A stretch of 64,000 nucleotides of DNA, from positions 3,348,001 through 3,412,000 of the forward strand of contig NC_052171.1 of NCBI RefSeq assembly GCF_902713615.1, written 5' to 3'. This stretch comes from Scyliorhinus canicula (Eukaryota). The position numbers and the translations under genes are program-made. Shown piece by piece: positions 36,980 to 50,359 of this stretch. Under the pieces are notes generated by a model. It did not search any database, was not told the origin of the DNA, and saw only the letters and a program-made list of their open reading frames with translations. How positions within the stretch are numbered: position 1 is the stretch's first letter; each line of letters starts with the position of its first letter.

Positions 36980-39580
36980 GCCCGCAGTAGAGATGGTGGC
37001 AACCTGATGACTGCTATGTCCCGATGCCTGTGATTCCGCAAACCTGACAAGACCACTGGATCGCTGTCTCCATGGTGGTCACCAACCTGCCCATGGTGGT
37101 TGCCATTCTCCCCATGGTGGCCTCGAGCGTTTTCATGTTGGAGCTGCGACATCAGACAGAACGCAGATGGGCTCCTCCACCATTTGCCCTCGTCTGTTAA
37201 GTGACTGCTGAATCTCTACCTCATGTTCCGCCGCTCGTCGTTCCATTGAGTTGCAGCCGCTTCCAGTGGCTCTTTGTCTGACTTGGACTGAGTGGGTGGC
37301 TGGTCTCCAGCAGCACTCCGAGTGCCAGAGACCTGGGCTGTCCTGCCTCTGACTGCTGCAAAGATGTGTCAGTGAGGTGTTCTTCAGAAAGTGACCCTGC
37401 ATTTAATCTAGAACTGCGCCCCACTGAGGTGTGTGTCCCTGTGCTGTGCGCTGGTGGACGGCGTGGATGAGTGTTGTGATGGCTATTCGTGTCTCTTCAT
37501 CCTTGGATGTGGTTTGGGGGCTCGGAGTGCAGCTCAGCAGTCTGGAGGGCCTCGATTTGCTGATGCCTAGACCAGTCATTTTAAAAGTCAAGGTCACAAT
37601 CCGTGGGTGGGCCAGGATGGCTGTCAGGAGGGTCGCGGTGCCAACCATCGCAGCGTCAGAATCACGGGAATTAATAATGCGCAAAGGCTGCAGCAGCGGC
37701 TTTTAAAAATGCCGACTGTGATCGACTTTAAGAATGATGGCCGCGACCGGCTTTCAGAATGCGGACATGCTGCGCATGCATGTCTGCTGATTAGTTCGCA
37801 TGTCCGGAGTCCAGCAAGAAACACTGCCTCCTCCTGAGGTCAGCACACTGACCCAGCAGAAGACTTTTTAAAATTCAGTGCAGTCTTTCTGCCTGAAGCC
37901 ACGGCAGAGAACAGGTCACGTGCCCCGAACACAGACGTCAGGTGCTCTGGGTGTGATTGCATTTTGTCAGCAGCAAACAAGCAACAGGACTGTAAAATTT
38001 TAAATGGATCATTTTATAATAAGGAAGAGAGGGCCAAAGACACAAGCAGACCAGGATCTCACAGCTGAACCTGCGGGAGAGAGTGGCCCAGGAGAATCCA
38101 CAGCAGGGCAAAGCAATGGTGGTGTGAGCTCCAGGACCTCCTATGAACAATCCATGCAGAAATGTAACATTGAATGACAATGCAAGTGAGATCGTGATGA
38201 ACAAGCAGGCTCACCTGGCGCAAAAACAAAAGGGGCAGCACAGTAGCACAGTGGTTAGCACTGTGGCTTCACAGTTCCAGGATCTAAGGTTCGATTCCCG
38301 GCTGGGTCACTGTCTGTGCGGAGTCTGCACGTTCTCCCCGTGTCTACGTGGGTTTCCTCCGGGTGCTCTGGTTTCCTCCCACAAGTCCCGAAAGACGTGG
38401 TGCTAGGTAATTTGGACATTCTGATTTGTCCCTCTGTGTACCCGGACAGGTGCCAGAATGTGACGACTGTGTTTTTCACAGTAACTTCATTGCAATGTAA
38501 GCCTACTCACATTGAAGATAATTATTATTAAAGGTAAGCAAAAGCGTTGGGTCACGAAGGTCAGCTGACGTGGGTCGCGATGGTTGACCGGTTGGTAAAA
38601 ATGGTTCCCCGGAATAAGTTTGAAAAACACTGGCCGAGACAATAGAGAACAGAATTTTAATTGATGAACATAAGCTATATAAGACTACATGTGGCTCACT
38701 GTGGTTGCCAAAATTTGATCACGTGATGGAGCTGTGAGCCATACTAGGTAGTTGGGATCCTACAGGATCGATCCCCGTACACCCTCAGTCAGGTCAGCTC
38801 AGCCTCCTCCAATTCGACGAGAACAAAGATCTCAGCCGTTGGTCCCTCAGCCTTGCTTCGCTCTCGCTTGTTGTGTACCAGCTTTGCCCGATTGAAGACA
38901 AAATGTATGCTATTAGAGGGGATGGAGCAGAGGTTGGGTGAGATGCATGTCCTCTGTACATGGTGAGCATTCTCCAAGAAGGGGCAGAGGATGGAGTGAA
39001 AGCAACATTATAGATGGAATTTGGTGAAGTGAAAGTGTTTATGAGAGAATCAGTGTTAATATGTGTCCACCCGCTCATGGATGTGTGAGATCCATGAAAA
39101 GAGTAGCTATGTGAGTACATGATGCCATGATGAGAGTTTGATACTAGAGGGAGTTGCAAGCTGACTTACCCTGAAGGAACGGATGAGATCATTCATCCAC
39201 TTCCTGCACTGGATGGTGCATTAGGTGCCGTTGCTAGCTGCGCTGACCTCCTGGACAACAGCCTCCCAGGCTGGGGAGGTGAATTTGGTACATCTCCTCC
39301 ACCCATGTTGAGGACGTTTGTGCAGCCGGATTACTTGGATCAAGGTCTTGAGGGCCTGGTGGCATCTTCTTGATGTTGCCAGCCTTTTCTTTGTGCCTTG
39401 CAGACATGTTTCATGGTCTTGTGAAGGCAGATGGGCTGCAGATGTATGTGCTGGGCTGGGGTCAGGACTTTTGAACCCACTAGCTGACAGATCAGCTCCC
39501 AACCCACCAGGTGATATCCGCCTGTGAATAGATTGAGCTTCCAAGGGCGCAATCGGGTGAGAGTTTCTGCCATTCTGGCT
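36980..39580 (-). mobile_element. Decayed PIF/Harbinger element, Myb/SANT-like ORF remnants
   Basis: Minus-strand peptides AWEAVVQEVSAAS...QCRKWMNDL (donor gtaag ~39170) and KLVHNKRERSK...AEI are typical of Harbinger Myb/SANT partners. Disrupted by stops and a nested hAT element. Confidence 0.65.
37573..38632. mobile_element. Older non-autonomous hAT (Charlie-like) element with nested SINE
   Basis: Degenerate TIRs CAGTCATTTTAAAAGT / AGTTTGAAAAACACTG. 8-bp TSD GCCTAGAC vs GCCGAGAC (7/8). GGGTCGCG subterminal motifs. SINE at ~38232-38530 inside. Confidence 0.75.
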
Positions 39581-42179
39581 AGTGGGAAGAGCACCATCGG
39601 ATGTGCCTTGTACCTAGGAATATTTAGTGCTCAGTCCTTCCCTTTTTTTGAGCCAAGTCCCCATTTTCGCCACAACATCATACTTCCACGGAGCTATCTT
39701 TTTAAAAAATGAATTTAGAGTACCCAATTCATTTTTTTCCAATTTGAGGTGTAATTTACCGACCTCGCACATCTTTGGGTTGTGTGGGTGAAACCCACGC
39801 AAACACGGGGAGAATGTGCAAACTCCACACGGACAGTGACCCAGAGCCTGGATCGAACCTGGGACCTCAGCGCTGCGAAGCAACAGGGCTAACCCACTGT
39901 GCCACCGTGCTGCCCCCTTTTTTCTCCTTTCCAATGCTTTGGAAACATCTTTGTACCCACATATCTTCTCAGTATGTGCAATTTTTCACAGCAAAACAGT
40001 TGCAAGGCATTTCTCAAATAAATACGAGGGTTCCATTACTCCTCTTCTTTTTTGCTTTATTTGATCTGGGGAAGGACAGCAGCCGTTCGGCTGTTACAAT
40101 TGTGCTGGGATGAGGTACAGATGAAATCAGATTTCCCACTTCTAAAATGCTCTCCACTGGAAATTCATATCAAAGTGTTGAATGAGGACAAAATCAAGTT
40201 TGAATATGATTCCTTCTTCAGCAAATAGCTCGTGAGGTAGTGACAAACCACAGGTGCCAACAGAACTGTACCCCAAGATGTAATACTAGTGGGGGTAGAT
40301 GGGACGAAAATTGAAAAGGCTAAGAATGGGGAAAAAAAAGACTAAAGAGATAATGCATTGATGGTTATCAGACCAGGGAAGGAACGGGTTAATGAGCTGC
40401 CATGGTTGAATAGATGCTGCTGCTTACTGTCTAGACATACAAATGAAGAACAGTCACGTTAGAAATGCATGTCACTGGAACCTACATAGAGGAATGCAGC
40501 ATAAAAATATTCTTAGTGTGAATGAAAAGGTTGTTTTTTTGTTTTTACAAAAAAAGAATCGAATAATCTGAACCAATTCTGAAAAAAAAATTCACTCCAG
40601 CTGTGAGCACTTCTTTTTAATGTGAAATCTTTTACTGGCATTTCTCTCATGTATGGAAAGCTGCAATGCACAGATTTCTATTAAATCCATTTGAAGCCCA
40701 CAGGGCAACATAAATGCAGTTCAATAATGAGAACACGCACACAAATCCACAGAGGCTGGCATTATCTGTAATGCATAAAAACAAGACAATTACATAACAG
40801 TTAATTAACATTTTAAAAGATACACAAGAATGCAGCACCTAGAATAGACAAAGCAAGGAAAATATATGAGAATGGGAAGTTAATTAAATTATATAAAGTC
40901 CATTATAATCTTGGTCAAAGGACATGTTGTGCAGCACAAGAAACACAAGATTGGACTTTACTCAGTTCCAAGTTCTGTTTTATTATTGGATAAATTTGGA
41001 AAAGCCTGAGGCTTGAGTGATGTAGCTTTGGAGAGTACAAAAGCGAGGGAGAGACAGAAAGAAAGAAAGAAAATTGCTTATTGTCACGAGAAGGCTTCAA
41101 TGAAGTTACTGTGAAAAGCCCCTAGTCGCCACATTCTGGTGCCTGTTCGGGGAGGCTGGTACGGGAATTGAACCGTGCTGCTGGCCTGCCTTGGTCTGCT
41201 TTAAAAGCCAGCGATTTAGCCGTGTGCTAAACCAGAGGGAAACAGCACGATACAGGAAAATAAACAATGGAAATAATGAGCAAGGTGAGGCAGCAACTGC
41301 AGAAAGAGTAATAACACTTCAGTTCCAATGACCTTTCGCTGGACCTGGGTTGTCCCATCCACTGATACGAGGAGCAATGAATGAACTTCCAGCCCTTCCA
41401 GATATATTGAAGACCAGAGACTTCGGTCATAGATTGCAAGAGCTCACTTTGTAACTGGTGTTGGGAAATTTGTAAATTGACTGCACATAAATTGTGAAAA
41501 TATTTAATGTAACACGAATGATGATGCAACATCCAGATTTTATGTAGATGTTGTAATTGTGTAAACCGCTGAACATTGGCCTGTTTTGTTTCATATTAAT
41601 TTGAACGTCATTAAGGGTATGAGAAACGAATGGCATTGTTGCATGTCCCGCAACAATTTAATCTGCGACCAATTCACAATTTTCTTTGAAGCAGAGAAAA
41701 TTGGTCAACCTGGATATTCAGGGCAATCTGGGTCACCACAAGATTGAAGGTTTGCACATGGGCAGCACGGTACCACAGTGCTTAGCATGGTTCCTTCACA
41801 GCGTCAGTGTCCCAGATTCGATTCCCGGCTTGGGTCATTGTCCGTGCGGAGTCTGCACGTTCTCCCCTTGTCTGCGTGGGTTTGCTCCGGTTTCCTCTCA
41901 TAGTCCAAAGATGTGTGGGTTAGGTGGATTGGCCATGATAAATTGCCCTTAGTGTCCAAAAAGGTTAGGTGGGGTTACTGCAGATAGGGTGCTGGTGTGG
42001 GGCTTAAGTGGGGGGTGCTCTTTCCAAGGGCCGGCACAGACTCGGTCCCCTTCTGCACTGTAAATTCTATGATCATGGGCCAAATGGCGGTTGCTGTTCC
42101 ATGGAAACACGTTTCCGGAGGCCTCCTTGACCTTGACCCTTCTGCAATGTCCCTCAAGGCTGGTCCCAGGGCTCAGGCC

Positions 42180-42800
42180 CTTCTCACTCTGCCCGCCCGC
42201 CCCGGAAATCTGATTGGGTCACGCGGCAATGCCAATCACCGGTCCGGCCTCGCCATTGGCGGATGAAAATATCAATCATTAGGGGGAGGGGCCGTCACGG
42301 CTGGTGTGGGGGGGGTGTGGGGGGGGTGTGTGGGGGGGAGAAGGCAGTCCGCGCGGCGCGCGCCTGGCAGTTTGACGGTTCGTGTCTCTCTCCCCCTCCC
42401 CCCATGGACTGAAGATCCGTTATGTCTCGAGCCCGGCGGTTGAGGCGGGTGGGTGGGTGGGGCGCGTGCGCGGCGGACAGTGGCCACGGGAGGCGCTTTA
42501 ATTGGAAGCCACTTATTCAAGATCCCAGACGGTGGGCGGGAGTGAGGGTGCCCCGCGTCTCTTCCCGGTGAGTGAGCGGCGGGAAGGGGAGAGAAATGGC
42601 CGACGCCGTGCTTCTGACACGCCCCTTCCCCACTCCCCCTTTGCCAAAGGGGGCGGAGCGCAATAGCCTGCGTTCAGACTCCATGGAAACTGGCGGATTG
42701 CAGCGCCATCCCCTCCCCCCCCACCCCCCCGGCCCTCATGCAGCAGCCCCTTTGCAGAGCTGCGGCGAATGAGGGGCTGGCCTTGCACTGCTGGTTGCAT
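42180..42800 (+). promoter_or_regulatory. CpG-island promoter and probable non-coding exon 1 (donor at 42567) of LETM2
   Basis: GC boxes 42191-42203, ETS-like CCGGAAA, three CCAAT/ATTGG boxes (42213, 42232, 42255), CpG-rich. Consensus donor CCG|gtgagt at 42567/42568. Confidence 0.75.
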
Positions 42801-45800
42801 TGTCAGTTTGACCCGGCCGCAATGTCAGTCTTGCAGCTGCAGGTTCAGAGAATGTTGGCTGCAGGAACATTGAGCAGAGGAGACCATCTGGTACCTCAAG
42901 ACCTGTGGTGGGGCAGCTTCCGTGCACCCTCAACCGGAGTCATCAGCCAGTCTTGCACTCTCCTTGGCAAGTGCAAAGATTCATCTGTGGAACTTTGCTG
43001 CAGGAGGCTGTGGAGGGCAGATCACTGAGTGTCTTTAAGACAGAGATGGATAGGTTCTTGATTAATAAGGGGATCAGGGGTCATGGGGAGAAGGCAGGAG
43101 AATGGGGATGAGAAAAATATCAGCCATGATTGAATGGTGGAGCAGACTCGATGGGCTGAGTGGCCTAATACTGCTCCTGTGTCTTATGGCCACTCTAAAT
43201 TGCCCTTGATTGGCAAAAAATTGGGTACTTTTTAATGAAAAAAAAATCTAAACTTTGTCTCCGTACACTGCTGTCCTCATGTCAGCGCTGACACCAGATG
43301 TATTTCTGGATTAAGTAGACTTGGCCTGTACTTACTGGAGTTCAGAAGAATGAGCAGTGATCTCACTGAAGCATGTCGTCATCTCCCAATGGACCTGGCA
43401 GGGTGTATACCGGGGGGACATGGTTTCAGAGTAAGAGGACAGCCTGGAAGGGTGTTAGCATGGTGGCACAGTGGTCAGCACCACTGCTTCACAGCGGCAA
43501 GGACCCGAGTTCGATTCTGACCTCAGGTGATCCATTTGTGGAGTTTGCACGTTCTCCCATGTCTACGTGGGTTTCTCTGGGTGCTCCTGTTTACTTCCAC
43601 TGTCCAAAGACATGCAAGTTAGGTGGATTGGCCTTGCTAAATTGCCCCTAGATGGGGTTGCAGGGATAACGTGGGGGATTGAGCCTTGGTGGGGTGCTCT
43701 TTCAGAGGGCCAATGCAGCCTTGATGGGCCAAAAGGCCTCCTATTGCACTGTAGGGCTTCTGTCATGAGTTCAGAATGAGGTGAAGAGAAATCTTTTAAT
43801 TCAGACGTTTATGAATTTTTGGATTTCTCTAATCCAGAGAACTCTGCCCAGCTCTCGTCATGGCCGAGATCTATCGTCCCTGAAAGGAGCAAGTCATATG
43901 AGAATTAGTGGGAAAGTGGCATTAAGGTTCAGGGTTAGCTGCGATCTGACATGTGATCAAATAGGCTTGAGGGCCTGTACAGCCTCCATCTATTTCTATT
44001 ACTGATGTTCATATTTTGGTGCTGACACGGCAGAATGTATTTAACACTCTTGTGCAGAAAAATTACTTGCAAAGTTGGCTCATTTTCAGAAGTGCCTCCC
44101 CTCACCTAAAAAAAAAGTAATTGCTCACAAGACAGCAGTGCCCTGTGCAACACTGTATTGGAAAGATCAAACTTTTAAAAAGTAAATAGAGATCAGGGAG
44201 GCCACACGACGATCATCAATTTTTCTTTGCGGTCCCTTGTTCTAATCATCAAATCACACAACTCTGAAGAAGGCCAGTGGGGATGGCATGTGGCACAGTG
44301 GTTAGCAGTGGGACTGCGGCACCGGGTTCAAATCCCAGCCCTTGGTCACTGTCCATGTGGGGTTTGCACATTCGCTCCGTGTCTCTGTGCGTTTCACCCC
44401 CACAACCCAAAGATGTGCAGGTTAGGTGGATTGGCCACGCTAAATTGCCCCTTAATTGGAAAAAATAAACAAATAATTTGGTACTCTAAATTTATTTTAA
44501 AAAGGCCAGTGGAGTCATCGTGTTACTGCAGGCTCTTTTGCAAGATCTATCGAATTAGTGCTCTTTCCTGCTCTTTTCTTGTAACTGCATTTCTTTTAGC
44601 TGATGTTGAAACATTGTTCCTGACTTGCCTTATGAGTCAAAACCTATTCACTGTACCTTCTAAATATACTCAAGTCAATAGTGGAAGTCGCCAGAGTCCA
44701 CAAGGACCATAGGCTGCTCTCCCTCGTTTGAGAGTGGTGGTGATCTTACCTGAGGTTCACCATACCTCAGGCGAGGTGAGAAGACGGGGCCTTCATGGAT
44801 AACCTCAGCCAGTACAGGTATTGAACCCATGTTGGCGTCGCTATGCTAATTGTTCCATTAGTTCATGTTTTAAATTTCCAAACACAACCCAAGTTTGGGA
44901 AAACAATTTTTTTGTTTTGTAATTCAATTAAACGTGTCTTTGTAAGCCATGCATTGCTGAAACTCAGTGTCAACAATGATTATTGCTTTTCTGTAAACCA
45001 TATTTATTTAAATAGCTTTAAAAGTGCTTTGGAGATTGCTGATTTGGCGTAATTTCAATAATAGTTTGTTAAACAAACAGTCATTAAAATATCTTTTGCA
45101 GTTAAGTTACAATAGGCAATCTGGAAATTAAGTTATTTAGTTCCTTGAATGCATTTAATTCCAACATCTTTGTTTAAAACTGTCATCTCGTATATTTTAG
45201 AACCTATTAAGGAAATCAAATTTTAGGCAAGGAATTGTTTGTGGAACGAATCATACCCTTGAGTTGGACACATATTTTGAACCCAAGTCCTACTAGTAGG
45301 GTGGTTCTCCTACCGGATGATGTTCAAGCTGATTGACGGTTTCACCTTTTCTTCTTGAGTTCTCTAATTCAGAGCGCAGCGCACAACCTCTACCATGGGT
45401 AGGGCAAGGAGAGTCAGGTGGTAATGGTGTTGAAATAAGGACTGCCGTTTTTACCTTTTGCTCTAAAGGAAATGAAAAGAGTCTCAATTACTTTTTTCTT
45501 GTAATATCGTCACCCATTTTGTTGAAAAGCATCACATGACTTAGAGTTGCTGTAACCTTGAAGTGCCTGTTTTGACTCAGTTTTAGATCTGTATTTGTTC
45601 TATGTTGCAATCATGGTAATATGCAATCTTTTATCCTGCAGAAAATTTGCTTCAGAATGTTGGATTCAAGTTCAGTAAAATCTATTTCATTCCTTGTGTG
45701 TGGATGTTATTACCCTGCTTACCCTAAGTTTGAGTCATCTGTGAGAATGCTGAGGGGAGACAGAATTAAATTCAGCATAAGTCTTGCTTTTTGAACCATA

Positions 45801-46589
45801 TCATTAAGGCCTAATAAGGCAAAAGGTAAGTTCATAAAGTCTGAATCATAAAATGTGCTGAGATAACTGGTCTTAGTGTGAATTGGAGTGTTCCTGTTCA
45901 TCTTAAACCTGGATGAGGAAAAAAGCAGTCCAGTTCCAGGTTCTGGTCACAAATGACCCCTGCTGGTAACGTATAAAATAGATATTGAGTGAGGAAATAT
46001 TCAGATCTGATCATGATACACCTCATGGTTAAAATTCACTGTCGAAGCTCATGTGATGTCAGGAAACACCGAATGATCCAAGAACATATTGCTTCGTAAA
46101 CCAAGTGTGCAATTGGGAATTTGGTGCACAGGGGGAAGGTATTATTTTTGCCCTTGTTTGTTAGTCTGTTTGTCTGTAAACAAAATATCTCAAAAAACAA
46201 TACTGGATTTCAATTAAACTTAGTGCACAGATAGGGTATGGCCTAAGGAAGACTGATTGGTTTTTGGCGAAGATACGCTTCTGGATCCTGCAACTTAAAT
46301 AAAAATCCCTTAACATTGAGGGAAAGGGTGAATTGACTTTCATTTTAGAGTGCAGTAGTTTGTCTCAGCTGCCAGAATGGGAGCAGAGTTTTCTGAGCTG
46401 ATTGTTTGATCCAGATTGGCCTGTACCTTCTCCAGTGAGATGGAAGCTCTGTATGAAAATATTCTTTATCAGCTTTGCAGTTACACAGTATCAAACAGGC
46501 AGGAAAAAGCCTCAAGAAGGAGCTGTGTAATTGTAATAATCTTGAGTCAACACTGGCTCCACTGAGTACTTTCTTCACATCTTCAAACT

Positions 46590-48170
46590 GACCATGGCAA
46601 CATTGTGTCAGATATTATTCAAGTCGGGGAGTGAAAAGGAATGTGGTAATAGGTGACAGTAGAGTCAGGGGAACAGAGACTGTTCTCTTCAGTTGCAGCT
46701 GGGAGCCCTGAAGGTTTTGTTGCCTGTCTGGTACCTGTATTAAGGATATCTCATCCTGAGCAGAGACGAACATCAAGTGGGAGGGCAATAATCCAGATCT
46801 CGTGATTCACATAATAATAAACAATATAGGTAGAATAAGCAATGATGTGCTGCTGATTGAGTTTGAAGAGTTAGGGTCCAAATTAAAATACAGAAACTAA
46901 AAGTGATCATCTCTGGATTGTTACTTGTTACAGAACAGTGCAGCAATCTGGGTAAAGCCAAGTAGAGTGGGCCAGAAAGGGATGGAGAGTTTAAGGGTAA
47001 TAGTGCATCAGCGAATATGGTTCATGCAGGGAATAGCATCTGAATGTGAAAAGCATCTGCAATAAGATGGATGAACTTGTGGCTTAAATAGAAATAAATG
47101 GTTTCTATCTGAACACCATGATAGAGACATGACTGCAATCTCATCAAGGTTGGGATATAAATATTCCAAGATACACAGCATTTTGAAAAGACCGATAAAT
47201 GGAAAGGTAACCCTAATATCAAAGGACCTGTGTGAGAAAAGCTCTTATCTTAGAAGATGAGAAAGTAAAATCAGTACGGTTGGAGATTCCCAGCTTGGGA
47301 ACTCCCAGCAGAGTCTGCACGTTCTCCCTGAGTCTGCGTGGGTTTTCGCCGGGTGCCCCGGTTTCCTCCCACAAGATTTGAAAGACGTGCTGTTAAATAA
47401 TTTGGGCATTCCTTCCTGTGTACCCAAACAGGTGCTCAATGTGGCAACTAGCGGATTTTCACAGTAATTTCATTTCAGTGTTAATGGAAGCCGACTTGTG
47501 GCAATAAAGATTATTTAAAAAAAAAATAATAAAATAATAAGTCTGGCCACCATGGGTCATCATCCGCTTTACTGGTCTCACCCCAGGAAATTCGGTCAGG
47601 GCTCACGCTCATGCCGAGTCTGTACGAACCGTCACGGCCTGATCTGGAAAAATGGCCTCAATATGTGCCGCCAGTGCTTCAGACAATACGCTAAAGACAT
47701 CGGCTTCGTCAAGCTGGACTAAATTACAAAAGGAGCAAGAGTGCATTCTAATGCAGTACAAAATGGAAATTTAGCATTTGTCAAACAATTCTAACCTCCA
47801 CCTGGAAGAAGCAAACTTTTGTGATGCTCCAATTTTGTAAATAAAATTCAATTGTCATTTTAAAAAAAAATAAGACTCACCAGCAGTTGGACAGAGCATT
47901 CAAGGATATATTATTGGAGCTTGTAATAAATGCAATGCACAAATTGTGGGGACTTTAACCTTCATGTAGACTGAACAAACTGTTAAAGGTGGTCTGGAAG
48001 ATGCGTTTGTCGAATGCTCTAATGACATTTTCTTGGAGCAAATGCTGTGGAACCAACTAGGAAAAAGCTATTTTAGATCTATGAGGCAGGTCTGATGAGT
48101 AATATCACCATAAAAGATATGCTGGGAAATAGTGATCACAATACCTCAATTTCAGTTTAAATACTAATTG
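46590..48170 (+). mobile_element. Decayed CR1-clade LINE (ORF1/endonuclease region) hosting a SINE and the RPS29 retrocopy
   Basis: Remnants VVIGDS.VRGTE, CCLSGT (esterase-like ORF1) and GDFNL, LGNSDHN (endonuclease). Confidence 0.65.
47552..47722 (+). pseudogene. RPS29: Processed (intronless) RPS29/uS14 retrocopy with open 56-aa ORF
   Basis: Translates to [56 protein letters not shown]. No introns. Kozak GCCACCATGG, AATAAA ~47840, A-tract ~47862-47870, possible short TSD aataag on both sides. Confidence 0.93.
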
Positions 48171-49656
48171 GTAAACAATTTTTCTTCTCACAGACGTGGG
48201 CAGACATTTTGGTTTTCTCTTGTTTCCAATAAACAACTTCTTTATTATCAGCACATAAAAACTGAAGTACCAACTTTTGACAAATTACCTCAAGCTGAGT
48301 GAATTTAATTTGTTACAAGCTCCAGTCATTTCTCCTTCAATGTTCTGCAACAGGTCTCCAGGAGCTTGCTAAATTGCAAGTTTCAATGTCGAGGAATGGA
48401 CAATAAATTGTTGGGCTTTTCATTTGTAAGGAATCCATTACACCTGAATTCTTTCATTTTGTAATGTGCAGTTTGGCCGAAAATAGCTGCTTCGAGATTT
48501 AAGGCACACTCTTGCGTTTTTATTCCAGAGTCCAATTGTCATCCTGCATGGCTGTTCAGTAGCGAGCAACATAGATCGCCAATCTGGGATCTTCCTACTC
48601 TGATTAAGGCACAGTACATTGTTTGTTTATGTTGAGCTACTGGAAGAGCTTGGTTTTACTGATGGTGTTTGGAAGTAGAATGGGGATCTCAGCCATGGCT
48701 GAACTGCTCAATTCTCTGCCACCTTGGGGGGAAATTATCTGAAGATCCTTTTGGTTACTCTCCAGTAGTCCCTCTTGAAGAGTGTGGTACATAGAACAGT
48801 ACAGCACAGAACAGGCCCTTCGGCCCTCAATGTTGTGCCGAGCCATGATCACCCTACTCAAACCCACGTATCCACCCTATACCCGTAACCCAACAACCTC
48901 CCCCTTAACCCTACTTTTATTAGGACACTACGGGCAATTTAGCATGGCCAATCCACCTAACCCGCACATCTTTGGACTGTGGGAGGAAACCGGAGCACCC
49001 GGAGGAAACCCACGCACACACGGGGAGGACGTGCAGACTCCACACAGACAGTGACCCAGCCGGGAATCGAACCTGGGACCCTGGAGCTGTGAAGCATTTA
49101 TGCTAACCACCATGCTACCCTGCTGCCCCCTGGTGTATGGACATTGGCTGTGTTGGCTCACAATTGTCTAGTCAACTGACATTGCTGCCTAAATTGACAT
49201 AAGAATGGCTATTTGAGTAAGAAAAGTGGGTTCCCATGGGACTGTACATTAACAAGATCCAACACGACTTTGCGGGGTGCCTGCTTCTCTTCTCCCTCTG
49301 ACCTGTATTAAAAAAAAAATCAATAATTACTGTACTAGGTTTTCTAAAGCATGCACAGGAAAAGCATGGCTGCATTTCTGTGCTATCATTATTTCTGGCT
49401 GTGCTTTGTTATGTAGTTGCCTGGACAGAAAAGCATAATTCTTGATATATGCCTTAAAGATAGATTTGGGCAGTGCTTTACATATTGAAGTGACTGATAG
49501 ATCACAATAAATTTGCACCAATTTCTGTTTGAATGCCATTTTTGAAATTGAATTGTGTCAATGATATGATCCAGCAAGAAATACACATGTATGTTCTCTT
49601 TACCACATTGGTGAATTGTTTTTAAAATTGTGTCATTATCATTATTCCATGTAATC

Positions 49657-50359
49657 CAGGGGTGGGCAAACTACGGCCCGACAAAGGTTTTTATGCGGCC
49701 CGCCAATGAGGTGCCCGGAATCATAACCGGCATTTTTGGAAAGCCGCCGGGGAAAAGCCGCTGAAGTAAATGCGCTTATTGAATAAGCGCATTTACTTCA
49801 GCGGCTTTTCCCCGGCGGCTTTTTAAAAATGCCGGTTATGATTCCGGGCACCTCATTGGCGGGCCGCATAAAAACGCGCGTAGTGGGGTGGATGAGTGGG
49901 GCTGTCTCATTGGTCGGTTTAGTTGGGTGTGCGACCAATAGGAGTCCAGGTTACAAACAATAAGCCTTATTATTGTTTGTAACCTGGACTCCTATTGGTC
50001 GCACACCCAACTAAACCGACCAATAAGGCAGCCCCACTCATCCACCCCACTACGCGCGTTTTTATCGTTGACTCGGCCGGGCTGTGCTTCTGTCAGTGTT
50101 AAGGATCAGCACAAGCAACTTGACACCTGATTTCAACAAACTGGTAAATGACTGCAGTCAGATGCATCATTCTCATTGACATTGTTCTGTTACTTACTGA
50201 GTTACTTTGTTTTTCAAATAAATGTGCTTTTTTTTTCTTTAATGACCTTTTATTTTAGCTATTTAAAATATTAATTATTTTACTTAATATACTATGCGGC
50301 CCTTTAAAATTGTGAATTTCTGAATGTGGCCCTTGCACGGAAAAGTTTGCCCACCCCTG
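49657..50359. mobile_element. Non-autonomous hAT (Charlie-like) element containing two long internal hairpins
   Basis: 16-bp TIRs CAGGGGTGGGCAAACT / AGTTTGCCCACCCCTG. Perfect 8-bp TSD ATGTAATC at 49649-49656 and 50360-50367. Confidence 0.93.
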
